A stretch of 64,000 nucleotides of DNA, from positions 55,028 to 119,027 of the forward strand of contig JAAYDW010000037.1 of assembly GCA_012729055.1 (NCBI GenBank). The letters run 5' to 3'. Shown one piece after another: positions 54,222-62,767 of the stretch. The translations under genes were made by a program, and so were the position numbers. The notes under the pieces were generated by a model. It was not told the DNA's origin and did not search any database. It saw only the letters and a list, made by a program, of their open reading frames with translations. Position 1 is the first letter of the stretch; every line of letters starts with the position of its first letter. This DNA comes from Deltaproteobacteria bacterium (GTDB taxonomy: Bacteria > Desulfobacterota > Syntrophia > Syntrophales > Smithellaceae).

Positions 54222-54449
54222 TTAAAGCAGAGCGATATCAAAGTAATCCAGCCGATCCGTCAGGACGCCTGCCGCCCGGTCGCGATCCGCGCCGTCGATG
54301 CGCAGGCAAACGCCGCAGTCCGAACTCAAATGCCGGGGCACCGGGATGAGCTTGCACTTTACACCGGCGGCTTTGAGGAGTTTTTCGGCGTGCAGCGCGT
54401 GGCTGACGGATTCAAAGAGAATGACGGCGGGGGTTTCGGAAGCGGCCAT
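54222..54449 (-). CDS. DUF3343-type putative Se/S carrier protein
   Basis: 75 aa. AVILFESVSHALHAEKLLKAAGVKCKLIPVPRHLSSDCGVCLRI matches my recollection of the DUF3343 pattern (a small domain with a conserved CG). Confidence 0.7.
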   Translation of the reverse strand: MAASETPAVILFESVSHALHAEKLLKAAGVKCKLIPVPRHLSSDCGVCLRIDGADRDRAAGVLTDRLDYFDIALL

Positions 54450-54459
54450 GGAAAACGGG

Positions 54460-55617
54460 TCAGCCTTTCAGGAGATCGCGCACCGCATCGGCGGCCATCG
54501 CGGCATCTCCGGGCGCGTTGAAAAAACCGAAACTGAAGCGGACGGTTCCCTGCGGAAAAGTACCGAGCGTCCGGTGAGCCGATGGAGCGCAATGCAGTCC
54601 CGGCCGGCACAAAATGCCGTATTTTTCCTCAAAGTGCAGCGCGGCATCCGAGGGCGTGACGCCCCGGACAGTAAACGACACGACGGCAGTCTGCCGGTCC
54701 GCGTCGGCCGGTCCATAAACCGTCGCCTCCGGACAACCATCGTAAAGCCGCTTCAGAAAGGCCGCCGTAATCTGTTTTTCCTTTTCACGAACGGCGGCGA
54801 TGGAGTGCCCGGCAATGAACTTCAATCCCGCGCACAGCCCGGCAAAGCCCAGCGCGTTGGGCGTGCCGCTTTCATACTTGTCCGGCAGAAAATCCGGCTG
54901 GATTTCAAACTCCGACCGGCTGCCGGTTCCGCCCATCATGAGCGGCGCGATCTTTTTTTCCAGACCCTTGCGGATAAAAAGCGCCCCCGTTCCCTGCGGG
55001 CCATAAAGGGATTTGTGCCCCGTGACGGCCAGTAAATCAATGTTCATTTGTTCAACGTCAATCGGCAGCGCTCCTGCGGTTTGCGCCGCATCGACGCAAA
55101 ACATGACGCCTTCTCTTTCGCGAACGATGCGGCCGACTTCCGCCACCGGCTGGATCGTTCCGGTGACGTTGGAGGCATGCGTCATCACAACTACTTTCGT
55201 GTTTTTCCGAAGCGCTTTTTGAAGATCGGCGGGATCGAGTTCTCCTTGCGGCGAGCAGCCAATGACGGACAGGCAAACGCCGCGTGATGCCAGATAGCGC
55301 AGCGGCCGCATAACGGAGTTGTGTTCCATGCTGGTGGTAACCACGTGATCGCCGGGGGCCAGCGCGCCCAGAAGAACAATGTTGAGCGCTTCGGTGGAAT
55401 TTTTTGTGAGCACGACGGAGAGCGGGTCATCAATGTTGAAAAGGGCGGCCAACGCCTCACGGGCTTCGTACAGCACGCGTCCCGCGTCGATGGAGCGACC
55501 GTGTCCCGAGCGTCCGGGATTGGCGCCGATTTCCCGCTGAAAGGCGTTCATCTCCTCCATCATCGCGGGCGGTTTCGGAAAGGAGGTCGCCGCATTGTCC
55601 AGATAAATCATTTTCAT
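54460..55617 (-). CDS. Class V aminotransferase-fold cysteine desulfurase / selenocysteine lyase-like protein
   Basis: 385 aa. It has MIYLDNAATSFPKP, the THASNVTG region and the PLP-Lys context LLAVTGHKSLYGPQGTG. Confidence 0.9.
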   Translation of the reverse strand: MKMIYLDNAATSFPKPPAMMEEMNAFQREIGANPGRSGHGRSIDAGRVLYEAREALAALFNIDDPLSVVLTKNSTEALNIVLLGALAPGDHVVTTSMEHNSVMRPLRYLASRGVCLSVIGCSPQGELDPADLQKALRKNTKVVVMTHASNVTGTIQPVAEVGRIVREREGVMFCVDAAQTAGALPIDVEQMNIDLLAVTGHKSLYGPQGTGALFIRKGLEKKIAPLMMGGTGSRSEFEIQPDFLPDKYESGTPNALGFAGLCAGLKFIAGHSIAAVREKEKQITAAFLKRLYDGCPEATVYGPADADRQTAVVSFTVRGVTPSDAALHFEEKYGILCRPGLHCAPSAHRTLGTFPQGTVRFSFGFFNAPGDAAMAADAVRDLLKG

Positions 55618-55630
55618 ACGTCAAAAACGC

Positions 55631-55674
55631 TTACCCCCGATACCGCCTTCACGTCAAGCGCAGATCGGGGGTAA
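55631..55674 (-). terminator. Stem-loop/attenuator between the TusA-like and desulfurase genes
   Basis: A perfect 11-bp stem, TTACCCCCGAT/ATCGGGGGTAA, with a 22-nt loop. On the minus strand it is followed by GCGTTTTTGA. Confidence 0.5.
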
Positions 55675-55696
55675 ATAAAATATTTTCAATCCGCCG

Positions 55697-55912
55697 TCAG
55701 GTTTTGGTGGTGGCGATGACGATATCGTTTCCGTCCCGGCGGACCTCCGCCTTCAGGCCGCGGCGCGCGGCCAGGCGCGCAACATTTTCTTTGGCCACTT
55801 CATTATCCACCAGCACTTCCAGATCCGTGCTTCCCGCGGCAATGGCCTTGTCAACCAGCACTACCGGTTGCGGACAGGATAATCCTCTTGCATCAATGCG
55901 TTTTGCTGCCAT
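55697..55912 (-). CDS. TusA/SirA-family sulfurtransferase-like protein (YedF N-domain-like)
   Basis: The start at ATG 55912 (MAAKRIDARGLSCPQPVV) follows a perfect AAGGAGG. It has the CPxP active-site motif. The tracked start at 55933 is a TTG abutting the yedE stop. Confidence 0.85.
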   Translation of the reverse strand: MAAKRIDARGLSCPQPVVLVDKAIAAGSTDLEVLVDNEVAKENVARLAARRGLKAEVRRDGNDIVIATTKT

Positions 55913-55929
55913 GTTTTTCCTCCTTATCT

Positions 55930-57009
55930 TCAAACAGACATCTTGTCTCGTTGTGTAAATCCGATGATCAGGCAGAAAAGCAAACCAATGATCACAGCAG
56001 CCGGGCCGAAGGCGGCCGGGCCTTTGGGCGAGCTGGCGACGGCAAAGTTATGCGCCACCGCGGCGCCGGCGATCATCCCCAGCGCGAATATCGCCGCGTC
56101 CATGTCGCCTTCGCCGGACAGGAAAAGCTGGCGCCCGGGGCAGCCGCCGGCCAGTACAAACGCCAGACCCGCCAGCGTCATACCCAGAAAATTCCAGACA
56201 AAACTGGTATGCGCCACCGGCTGGCCTTCAAAACCAGGGTGAAACTGGCCGAGAATCACATTGGTGGCAAACGCAAAAACAACGAGCGCCGCCACGCCGG
56301 AGGCCAGATGAAAATCCCGGATCAGGATCATATCGCGAAAAGCGCCCATGGTGCAGAAGCGGCTTCGCTGCGCCAGCGCGCCGATGACCAGACCGGCAAT
56401 CAGGCTGAGCAGAAGCGGAGCATGCTGCGAGCCGGGTCCCTTGAGGCTGAAAAAGATTGGCCCGCCCGGCGAAAAAGATACCTGGAAAACCAGCAGGAGC
56501 AAAAGGCCGATCATCAAAGCCGGGAAAATCCAGCCGCTGGCTTTGCGTTGCGCGTAGGATCGGCCGAGACTGTAACCGTTTTTCAAAAATAAAACGCCGA
56601 TAAAAATACCGAAAATCAGCCCCAGCAGGCCCAGAATGGCGTTACCGTCTCCGCCGGCCAGCCGCAAAAGCGCCCGCCACGGACATCCCAGAAAGACCAG
56701 CGCGCCCAGCATGGCAAAGACTCCAAGAAAAAATCGGACGAGCGGCGACGAGCCGCCGCGCGGCTTGTATTCGCCGGCCGCGAATGCAGCAACAAAAGCG
56801 CCCAGGACGAATCCCATGATTTCCGGCCGCAGATACTGGACGACGTCCGCCCGGTGCCACCCCAGGGCGCCGGCGATGTCCCGTTCAAAGCAGGCCACGC
56901 AGATGCCCATGTTGGGCGGATTGCCGAAATACTGCAAAAAGGCGGCGCCGATGCCGATAACCGCGCCGACAACGATAATGCCCGCCCGGCTGGAAAAAAT
57001 ATTTTTCAT
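55930..57009 (-). CDS. yedE: YedE/YeeE-family membrane protein (sulfur/selenium transport)
   Basis: 359 aa and polytopic. It has the N-terminal GNPPNMGICVACFERD motif and a second Cys-containing half (RSRFCTMGAFRD), both typical of YedE/YeeE. Confidence 0.9.
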   Translation of the reverse strand: MKNIFSSRAGIIVVGAVIGIGAAFLQYFGNPPNMGICVACFERDIAGALGWHRADVVQYLRPEIMGFVLGAFVAAFAAGEYKPRGGSSPLVRFFLGVFAMLGALVFLGCPWRALLRLAGGDGNAILGLLGLIFGIFIGVLFLKNGYSLGRSYAQRKASGWIFPALMIGLLLLLVFQVSFSPGGPIFFSLKGPGSQHAPLLLSLIAGLVIGALAQRSRFCTMGAFRDMILIRDFHLASGVAALVVFAFATNVILGQFHPGFEGQPVAHTSFVWNFLGMTLAGLAFVLAGGCPGRQLFLSGEGDMDAAIFALGMIAGAAVAHNFAVASSPKGPAAFGPAAVIIGLLFCLIIGFTQRDKMSV

Positions 57010-57123
57010 TGCGACCTCCTGGAGAAAATGAAGTTGGGTTCACTTAGCAGCAGCCGGCGTAAAAATGCAAATTCATAAGAGGAATAAAGGCAGGATGACT
57101 ATAACTTAAAAGAATGGAGGTAG

Positions 57124-57166
57124 AAAAAGGGCAGGATCCGCCGGTGCCTCCGGCGGGTCCTGTTTT
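57124..57166 (-). terminator. Rho-independent terminator after the acyl-CoA synthetase gene
   Basis: A 13-bp stem, CAGGATCCGCCGG/CCGGCGGGTCCTG (one wobble), is followed on the minus strand by CCCTTTTTC. It also has a T-run on the plus side. Confidence 0.7.
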
Positions 57167-57230
57167 GTGTAAGAACCAGTGTATTAATAAAGAGGCGGCA
57201 TCCATCCGGCGCAGGCGTTCGCCTGCGGCC

Positions 57231-59042
57231 TTAAGCGTTGTAAAGCGCTTGAATCTGTTTGCCGTATTTCCTGATAACGTTAAGCCGTTTGAGCTTCATG
57301 GTCTGTGTAATCAGGCCGTTATCCACCGTGAAGTCTTCTGCGATAAAAAGGTACTTCTGCGGAACTTCGTAGCCTCCGAAAACTTTGCGCAGGTGGGTCG
57401 TAATATCATTGGACAGATAATTCGTCACGGCCTTGTCTTTCAGGGATTCTTCCAGCGTGTCTTTCAAAAGCGGTTTGAGGTTCGGATCCGCCTTAAGCGC
57501 GTTGAAGTCGGGAACCACAACAGCCACATTGTAATCCTTGCCGTCGCCGTAGAGCATGATCTGGAGGACGTAGCGCAGCAGCTTGGCTTCGTTTTCAATG
57601 CCTTCCGGATGGACGTACTTGCCGTTGGCCAGTTTGTATTCATCCTTGAAGCGTCCGGTGATATGCAGGAAGCCGTCTTCGTCGAGCCAGCCGCGGTCGC
57701 CGGTGCGGATGCCGGGAAAACCGTTCCATGTATCCGGCATCAGAATTTCCGCCGTCTGCTGCGGCTTATTGTGATACCCCCGCATGACGCAGGGACCGTA
57801 CGCAATGATTTCACCGTCGATGCTGTCTTCGCCCGTACGTGATTTGTCAATCACCACGTGCATGCCTGCGGCGGGCTTTCCGACCGTGCCGTATTTGTTG
57901 CCGTACTTGGGGGAGTTGACCGAAATCGTCGGAGCGGTTTCCGTCATTCCGTAGCAGTCATAGGTGGGCTGGCCGATGTCTTTGAAGAAGAGAGCGATTT
58001 CGGGCTTCAGAAGCGCGCTGCCGGTCACAAAGAATTTCAGATTGCCGCCGAACACGTTGCGGACCTGGGAGAAAACCAGCGCATCATAATCTTTAAACTC
58101 TTTTGTTTTTTCAGGCAGGTCGCGGTTTTTGACCGCTTCCGCCACCGCCGCGTCAAAGAACTGCTTTTTCACCGGGTCGGCGCTGACCCCCTGCAAAATG
58201 GTGTCGTAAATCTTGTTCACGATGCGGGGAACGACGGAAAGGCCCGTGGGTTTGACCTCCTGGAAGTTCTGCACCAGCTTTTCCAGCGATTCGGCAAAGG
58301 CAACACCGCCGCCGCAATAAATGTAGTTATGCAAATCGGCGTTCTGGCCGAAGATATGCGCCCAGGGCAAAATGGCGACGACATGCATGGTTTCATCCAG
58401 CGTGAAAGTATCAATACTGGATTTCGCGCTCATGGTCATGTTGCCGTGTGTGAGCTCGACGCCTTTGGGATCGCCGGTTGTTCCGGAGGTGTAAATGATG
58501 CTGGAAAGATCCGGCCAGGTCAGCTTGATGGAAGGCGCCGGGGTTTTTTTGCCCATTTCTTCGAGGGCTTTCAGGGAATTTTCTCCCTCTCCGAAAACGA
58601 GAAAAATCTCCTGCAGCCCGGGAATACTCTTTTTGAAATCCTTGATTTTTTCATAAGCACCGGCATGCGCGACAAAAAGAAATTTTACCGCGGCATCTTT
58701 AACGATGTACTCGATGACTTTCGGCATTTCCTGAAGATACATGGGAACGAAAACGCCGCCCAGACCGTGCACCGCCTGTTCGCAGATGAACCATTCCTGG
58801 CAATTGTGGAGAATAACGCCCACGGAATCTCCTTTGGCCAAGCCAATCTTCTTGAGCGCGCCGCGAAGGTTGTTGACCCGGTCGGCCACCTGCCGGTAGG
58901 TCGTCCATTCATACTTTCCGGACGCCTGGCTTTTTGTGCCGAACAGTCTGTTGTTGCCGTATTTGGCCACGCTCTGTTCAAACAAATCTACCAGGTTGTT
59001 GGGATTGCCGTACACTTCGTCGATGTTTGCTTCTTTAGCCAT
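57231..59042 (-). CDS. Long-chain-fatty-acid--CoA ligase (AMP-forming)
   Basis: 603 aa. It has YTSGTTGDPKGVELTH, TGDRGWLDEDGFLHITGRFKD, and C-terminal TQTMKLKR typical of FadD/ACSL-like enzymes. Confidence 0.9.
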   Translation of the reverse strand: MAKEANIDEVYGNPNNLVDLFEQSVAKYGNNRLFGTKSQASGKYEWTTYRQVADRVNNLRGALKKIGLAKGDSVGVILHNCQEWFICEQAVHGLGGVFVPMYLQEMPKVIEYIVKDAAVKFLFVAHAGAYEKIKDFKKSIPGLQEIFLVFGEGENSLKALEEMGKKTPAPSIKLTWPDLSSIIYTSGTTGDPKGVELTHGNMTMSAKSSIDTFTLDETMHVVAILPWAHIFGQNADLHNYIYCGGGVAFAESLEKLVQNFQEVKPTGLSVVPRIVNKIYDTILQGVSADPVKKQFFDAAVAEAVKNRDLPEKTKEFKDYDALVFSQVRNVFGGNLKFFVTGSALLKPEIALFFKDIGQPTYDCYGMTETAPTISVNSPKYGNKYGTVGKPAAGMHVVIDKSRTGEDSIDGEIIAYGPCVMRGYHNKPQQTAEILMPDTWNGFPGIRTGDRGWLDEDGFLHITGRFKDEYKLANGKYVHPEGIENEAKLLRYVLQIMLYGDGKDYNVAVVVPDFNALKADPNLKPLLKDTLEESLKDKAVTNYLSNDITTHLRKVFGGYEVPQKYLFIAEDFTVDNGLITQTMKLKRLNVIRKYGKQIQALYNA

Positions 59043-59296
59043 AATTCACCTCGTTTAAAGAATTATATCCTCCCAGAGGACCCCCCGGGGAAAATGGCCC
59101 TTTTGTTTCCGGAACGGAAACGCAGAATTTTTCCGCATGAACACACCCATCGTTACCGTCCTGCAAACGATGTGATCCGTCATGAGCGGGAAATACGCCC
59201 CGGAAACTGCCAAACTTTTAATTTTAATAAAAAAGTGCTGTAACCCCTTTTTCGGGGCGCAGTATAGGGAAAATCATTAAGTACGTCAATGGAATA

Positions 59297-59524
59297 TTGC
59301 TCTTGGCACAAATATTTCCGGACGGCATGATCGTCATCGACCAGGCGCGTATGGATTACATCGCCCATGTTCTGAACAACATGAAACTGATGGAAGGGCT
59401 CATCGGCATCGCCAATATCGCCGACCTGCAGCTGCCCGCTTCCACCGGCTTTGCAAAACGAGAGAGCCGGAAAATTGCCGCTGGCTCCCCGTCCAGAAGG
59501 ATGCCGATTGTTGCAACACCCTAA
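59297..59524 (+). CDS. Hypothetical small protein (start uncertain; 58-75 aa)
   Basis: The frame is GC3-rich (atc gcc gac ctg cag ctg ccc ...). The stop codon abuts a perfect 14-bp hairpin. I do not recognise a family. Confidence 0.3.
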   Translation: MLLAQIFPDGMIVIDQARMDYIAHVLNNMKLMEGLIGIANIADLQLPASTGFAKRESRKIAAGSPSRRMPIVATP

Positions 59525-59566
59525 ATAACCCCCATCCTCATTAAGCTGACAAGGATGGGGGTTATT
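59524..59566. other. Perfect 14-bp stem-loop
   Basis: AATAACCCCCATCC (59524-59537) pairs with GGATGGGGGTTATT (59553-59566) around a 15-nt loop. Neither side has a convincing T-tract. Confidence 0.6.
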
Positions 59567-59760
59567 CATTTGCGGGCGCCAACAGGAATAAATGCTTGCC
59601 TCGGAGAGCAAATACTGGTAAAAGCACGAAAATTTTGAAAAGAGACTTTTTTATAAGTTATCTGTCAGAAGCGCTTGGCCGCCGCAGCACCGGACGGACC
59701 GACACGCGCGCCTGACGCTTGTTTAAAAGTCAAAAAATAAATTTCAGAGAGGTCAGAACT

Positions 59761-60942
59761 ATGAGAGAAGTTGTCATCGTCAGCGGCGCCAGAACCGCTA
59801 TTGGAGATTACATGGGATCCCTTTCGGGTTTAAATCCGGTCCAACTCGGCATCACCGCTTTAAAAGGCGCCATCGCTAAAGCCGGTATTGATAAGAACCT
59901 GATTCAGGAAGTCGTCGGAGGCCAGTGCAACCAGGCCGGCGCCCCGGGCAACACCGCCCGTCATATTGCGCTGGGCGCGGAACTGCCGGTGGAGTCCTTC
60001 GCCTTTACCGTGCATCAGCAGTGCTGTTCTTCGATGCGCGCCTCCGAGCTGCTTTCCCAGGAAATCATGCTGGGCAAGGTCGACATCGGCGCGGTGGTCG
60101 GCGTGGAAAGCATGAGCAACGCTCCCTATCTGCTGTTCGGCGCCCGCAAGGGCTATCGTCTCAATGACGGCGAAAAAATCCAGGACAGTTTGATGATCGG
60201 CGGCCTGGTCGATGCGCTTTTGGGCTACCACATGGGCATTACGGCCGACAACATCGCCGACATGTACAAAATTTCCCGCCAGGAGCAGGACGAATGGGCG
60301 CTCATGAGCCACCAGAGAGCCTGCGCCGCCATTAAAAACGGCTGGTTTAAAGACGAAATCGTTCCGGTGGAAATCAAAACCAAAAAAGGTCCGGCCCTGT
60401 TCGATACCGACGAGCATCCCCGGGCCGATACCAGCATGGAATCGCTCGGCAAACTCAAGCCGGTTTTCAAAAAAGACGGCACAGTCACGGCCGGCAACGC
60501 CTCCGGTCTCAACGACGCGGGTTCCTGCCTGATTCTGATGGCCGCGGAAAAAGCCAAGGAGCTGGGCCTCGCCCCCATCGCAAGAGTGGTCGCTTCCGCT
60601 CCCGGCTCCGTCGAGCCCCGCATCATGGGCATGGGCGTGGTTCCGGCCGTCAAAAACGCCCTGAAATTTGCAAAGATGAAACTGGAAGACATTGATTATT
60701 TCGAGTTGAACGAAGCTTTTGCCGCCCAGGTCATCGGCTGCAACCGCGAGTTGAAGATTTCTCTGGAAAATGTCAACGCCGTCGGCTCCGGCATCAGCAT
60801 GGGCCATCCGGTCGGCGCCACCGGCGCGCGGCTGATCGTCACTCTGATGGGCGAACTCAAACGCCGCGGCAAGAAATTCGGCTGCGCGGCGCTTTGCGCC
60901 AGCGGCGGCCCCGGCCAGGCATTCATCGTGGAAATGCTGTAA
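59761..60942 (+). CDS. Thiolase (acetyl-CoA acetyltransferase-like)
   Basis: The start is at ATG 59761 (MREVVIVSGARTAIG). Motifs: VHQQCCSSMRA, ELNEAFAAQ, GHPVGATGAR and LCASGGPGQA. Confidence 0.95.
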   Translation: MREVVIVSGARTAIGDYMGSLSGLNPVQLGITALKGAIAKAGIDKNLIQEVVGGQCNQAGAPGNTARHIALGAELPVESFAFTVHQQCCSSMRASELLSQEIMLGKVDIGAVVGVESMSNAPYLLFGARKGYRLNDGEKIQDSLMIGGLVDALLGYHMGITADNIADMYKISRQEQDEWALMSHQRACAAIKNGWFKDEIVPVEIKTKKGPALFDTDEHPRADTSMESLGKLKPVFKKDGTVTAGNASGLNDAGSCLILMAAEKAKELGLAPIARVVASAPGSVEPRIMGMGVVPAVKNALKFAKMKLEDIDYFELNEAFAAQVIGCNRELKISLENVNAVGSGISMGHPVGATGARLIVTLMGELKRRGKKFGCAALCASGGPGQAFIVEML

Positions 60943-60955
60943 GGTTAAAGTACAC

Positions 60956-61006
60956 GGGAAGCCGTCGCGCAACCCTCCGGCTGCCGCGACGGTTTCCCGT
61001 CTTTAT
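60956..61006 (+). terminator. Rho-independent terminator
   Basis: A 14-bp stem, GGGAAGCCGTCGCG/CGCGACGGTTTCCC (one G-T pair), is followed by GTCTTTAT. Confidence 0.65.
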
Positions 61007-61133
61007 GAGGGAAGTGTGCTTGGAAAGTAAAACCTCACCCGTTTATTGACATCAAGCCATTCGTTAACAAATTAAAAAATAACACATCACAACATAGCGG
61101 ACCGTTTAAGCCGCAATGTCAGGAGGAAACAAC

Positions 61134-62597
61134 ATGGCCTTAAAAACGCCCGAACAGTACGAAGAAAGTTTGCGGAAGATGAATTTTAAGATTTACCTTA
61201 TGGGAGAGCTCGTGAAGAATTGGGTCGACAACCCCATCATCCGTCCATCCCTGAATTCCGTCAAAATGACCTATGCGCTGGCCCAGAAGCCGGAGTATGA
61301 AGACCTGATGACGGCCACGTCCCATCTTACCGGAAAGAAAGTCAACCGCTTCACCCATCTGCATCAGAGCACGGAAGATCTGGTCAAGAAAGTCAAGATG
61401 CAGCGCCTGCTGGGTCAGCAGACCGCCTCCTGTTTTCAGCGCTGCGTGGGTATGGACGCGATGAACGCGGTGGACAGCACCACGTATGAAATGGATCAGA
61501 AGCTCGGCACCAAGTATCATGAACGCTTCATCAATTTCCTGAAAATGGTCCAGGAAGAAGACCTCACGGTAGACGGCGCCATGACGGACGTCAAAGGCGA
61601 CCGGAGTCTCGCTCCGCACCAGCAGGCCGACCCGGATCTGTATGTCCATGTCGTCGAGAAAAACGACAAGGGCATCGTGGTCCGCGGCGCCAAGGCGCAT
61701 CAGACCGGCGCGGTAAACTCCCACTGGATTCTGGTGATGCCGACCGTCGCCATGGGCAAAGACGACGCGGATTACGCCGTTTCCTTTGTCTGCCCGGCGG
61801 ACGAAAAAGGAATTTTCTACATTTACGGCCGCCAGTCCTGCGATACGCGCAAACTGGAAGGCGGCACGATCGACGTAGGCAACGCCCAGTTCGGCGGCCA
61901 TGAAGCCCTGATGGTTTTCGACAACGTCTTCATTCCCTGGGAAAACGTCCTGATGTGCGGCGAAACCGAATTTTCCGGCATGCTGGTCGAGCGGTTTGCC
62001 GGCTACCACCGGCAGAGCTACGGCGGCTGCAAGGTCGGCGTGGGCGACGTCCTCATCGGCGCGGCGGCGCTGGCGGCGGATTACAACGGCGCGGCCAAGG
62101 CCTCGCACGTCAAAGACAAGCTCATCGAGATGACGCATCTCAACGAAACGCTGTTTTCCTGCGGCATCGCCTGCTCGGCCCAGGGCCACAAAACGGCATC
62201 CGGCACCTACCTCATCGACCTGCTGCTGGCGAACGTCTGCAAGCAGAACGTCACCCGTTTCCCCTATGAAATCTGCCGTCTGGCGGAGGACATTGCGGGC
62301 GGCATGATGGTCACCATGGCTTCCGAAAAGGATTTCAAGAATCCGGAACTCGGCAAGGTGCTGGAAAAATACCTGAAGGGGACGGCCAATGTTTCCTGTG
62401 AAGACCGCGCCCGCGTCATGCGTCTGGTGGAAAACCTGACGCTCGGCACCGCGGCCGTCGGCTACCGCACGGAGTCGATGCACGGCGCCGGCTCGCCCCA
62501 GGCCCAGCGCATCATGATCGCCCGCCAGGGCAATCTGGAGCAGAAGAAGAATCTGGCCAAGAACATCGCCGGTATTAAAGAAGAAAAGAAAGCTTAA
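61134..62597 (+). CDS. abfD: 4-hydroxybutyryl-CoA dehydratase / vinylacetyl-CoA delta-isomerase
   Basis: The start at ATG 61134 lies 7 nt after AGGAGG. It has the [4Fe-4S] ligand pattern C-x3-C (TASCFQRCVG) and H-x6-C (GYHRQSYGGC), as in the Clostridium aminobutyricum enzyme. Length (487 aa) and overall sequence fit. Confidence 0.85.
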   Translation: MALKTPEQYEESLRKMNFKIYLMGELVKNWVDNPIIRPSLNSVKMTYALAQKPEYEDLMTATSHLTGKKVNRFTHLHQSTEDLVKKVKMQRLLGQQTASCFQRCVGMDAMNAVDSTTYEMDQKLGTKYHERFINFLKMVQEEDLTVDGAMTDVKGDRSLAPHQQADPDLYVHVVEKNDKGIVVRGAKAHQTGAVNSHWILVMPTVAMGKDDADYAVSFVCPADEKGIFYIYGRQSCDTRKLEGGTIDVGNAQFGGHEALMVFDNVFIPWENVLMCGETEFSGMLVERFAGYHRQSYGGCKVGVGDVLIGAAALAADYNGAAKASHVKDKLIEMTHLNETLFSCGIACSAQGHKTASGTYLIDLLLANVCKQNVTRFPYEICRLAEDIAGGMMVTMASEKDFKNPELGKVLEKYLKGTANVSCEDRARVMRLVENLTLGTAAVGYRTESMHGAGSPQAQRIMIARQGNLEQKKNLAKNIAGIKEEKKA

Positions 62598-62610
62598 CCG
62601 CCAAAATGCA

Positions 62611-62655
62611 AGCAGGCCTGCCGACTGAACAACCGGCAGGCCTGCTTTCTTCTCT
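62611..62655 (+). terminator. Rho-independent terminator
   Basis: A perfect 13-bp stem, AGCAGGCCTGCCG/CGGCAGGCCTGCT, is followed by TTCTTCTCT. Confidence 0.8.
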
Positions 62656-62693
62656 CAATATTCCGGCGGAAACCGGCCGGACATCCTTTTTCA

Positions 62694-62723
62694 TTGACTC
62701 AGCCCTGCTCTCTTCATTATACT
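62694..62723 (+). promoter_or_regulatory. Sigma-70-type promoter
   Basis: TTGACT (62694-62699), an 18-nt spacer, then TATACT (62718-62723). It lies 45 nt upstream of the AOR ATG. Confidence 0.55.
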
Positions 62724-62767
62724 TCGGTTAAATAAAACATCCGTTTGTTGATGACAAGGGGGCTTCC

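Noticed and set aside
61140-62483. A 447-aa minus-strand ORF opposite abfD.
   Set aside because: It is an antisense shadow ORF. The plus frame has the AbfD Fe-S ligand motifs.
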